Under the pieces are notes generated by a model. That model saw only the letters and a list, made by a program, of their open reading frames with translations. It was not told the origin of the DNA and made no database searches. Positions 14,564-15,106 of a stretch of 15,106 bases of DNA are shown piece after piece. The stretch's first letter is position 1. Each line of letters begins with the position of its first letter. Made by a program: the position numbers and the translations under genes. The DNA comes from Corallococcus sp. CA031C (GTDB lineage: Bacteria; Myxococcota; Myxococcia; Myxococcales; Myxococcaceae): the NCBI RefSeq assembly GCF_003612115.1, contig NZ_RAWH01000014.1:64001-79106 (forward strand), given 5' to 3'.

Positions 14564-15106
14564 GTGTCAGGGAAGTTGTCGCCTCGGCAGAGCGGCCGGG
14601 ATGACCACGCCCTGGGGGCGAGAGCAGGCAGGAAGCAGTGCCGTACACGGATGGATTCAAGTCGGAGATGGTGAGGCGGATGGTGGGTCCGGGCGCGGTG
14701 AGTGCCGCGGCACTGGCCCGCCAGGTGGGCGTGTCGCAGCCGACGTTGTCGCAGTGGCTGCGGGAGGCGAATAAGTTGGCGGCGATGACGCCCCCGCCCG
14801 AGGAAAAGCCCGCTGCGCCGTCTGGACCGAAGAAGTGGACGCCCGAGGAGAAGCTGCGCGTGCTGGTGGCAGCCCAAGGGCTCACGGGCGAGGCGTTGGG
14901 GGCGCTGCTGCGTCGGGAGGGGCTGCATGAGGAGCAACTGACGGAATGGCAGCAGGCGGCCGCGGGGGCCCTGTCGGGAGCGTCCACGCAGGCCCTGCCG
15001 GCCAAGGAGCGCAGGCGGCTGGCGGTGGCCGAGAAGCGGGTGAAGGAGTTGGAGCGCGAGCTGCGCCGCAAGGAGAAGGCGCTGGCGGAAACGGCGGCGC
15101 TGCTGG
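14564..15106 (+). mobile_element. IS3-family insertion sequence, left part (continues beyond window end); includes OrfA
   Basis: An OrfA-type transposase N-terminus starts at 14638. A candidate TG-initiated left end lies near 14564 (TGTCAGGG...). The IS5-like reading frame loses its family similarity at about this point. Confidence 0.55.
14638..15106 (+). CDS. IS3-family transposase OrfA (HTH + leucine-zipper/coiled-coil), partial at window end
   Basis: GTG 14638 with AGGAAG upstream. VPYTDGFKSEMVRRMVGPGAVSAAALARQVGVSQPTLSQWLREA is the typical IS3/IS911 OrfA HTH. It is followed by the heptad-rich segment RRLAVAEKRVKELERELRRKEKALAETAALL. Confidence 0.75.
   Translation, partial: MPYTDGFKSEMVRRMVGPGAVSAAALARQVGVSQPTLSQWLREANKLAAMTPPPEEKPAAPSGPKKWTPEEKLRVLVAAQGLTGEALGALLRREGLHEEQLTEWQQAAAGALSGASTQALPAKERRRLAVAEKRVKELERELRRKEKALAETAALL

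Noticed and set aside
14412-15071. Minus-strand ORFs 14412..15071 and 14446..14937
   Set aside because: Antisense to the IS transposase sequences, whose plus-strand translations match conserved IS5 and IS3 N-terminal motifs.
1-15106. CRISPR arrays, tRNA/rRNA genes
   Set aside because: No arrays of regularly spaced repeats were found. No intergenic segment shows the T-loop GTTCRANYC signature plus an acceptor stem. The only tandem repeat (3115-3222) is coding.

Overview
This is a high-GC (~70%) window with myxobacterial-type codon usage, read from raw sequence only; no database search was possible. It holds ordinary-looking enzyme operons, three short lower-GC insertions and a decayed mobile-element junction at the right end.

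- **1-2800:** a minus-strand SDR oxidoreductase and 6PGDH-like dehydrogenase operon, divergent from an AraC-family regulator. The shared promoter region carries a perfect 12-bp direct repeat.
- **2830-6700, the most unusual locus:** a ~600-aa two-domain alpha/beta hydrolase (HG oxyanion motif, GGSLGG nucleophile elbow, C-terminal GHSIH His motif). Its C-terminal tail is encoded by a 2 x 54-bp tandem repeat in which the two copies differ mostly at synonymous sites. An 81-aa ORF with a very strong Shine-Dalgarno sits 25 nt downstream in a lower-GC patch. A polytopic membrane protein (possibly GT-C-like) is transcribed divergently. The shared intergenic region holds two very GC-rich perfect hairpins.
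- **6776-12687:** an HxlR-family regulator with a palindromic operator and a divergent Asp-nucleophile alpha/beta hydrolase. Next come two translationally coupled GNAT-fold acyltransferases (the first with a lower-GC 5' end), an HSL-family esterase and a secreted M20D amidohydrolase.
- **12796-15106:** a lower-GC secreted hypothetical protein, a ParB-box fragment and a frameshifted, 5'-truncated RCC1-repeat gene. That gene abuts an IS5-family transposase N-terminal fragment, which is itself interrupted by an IS3-family element (OrfA partial at the window end).

No CRISPR, rRNA or tRNA was seen. The many long antisense and alternative-frame ORFs in the track are high-GC artefacts and are rejected.
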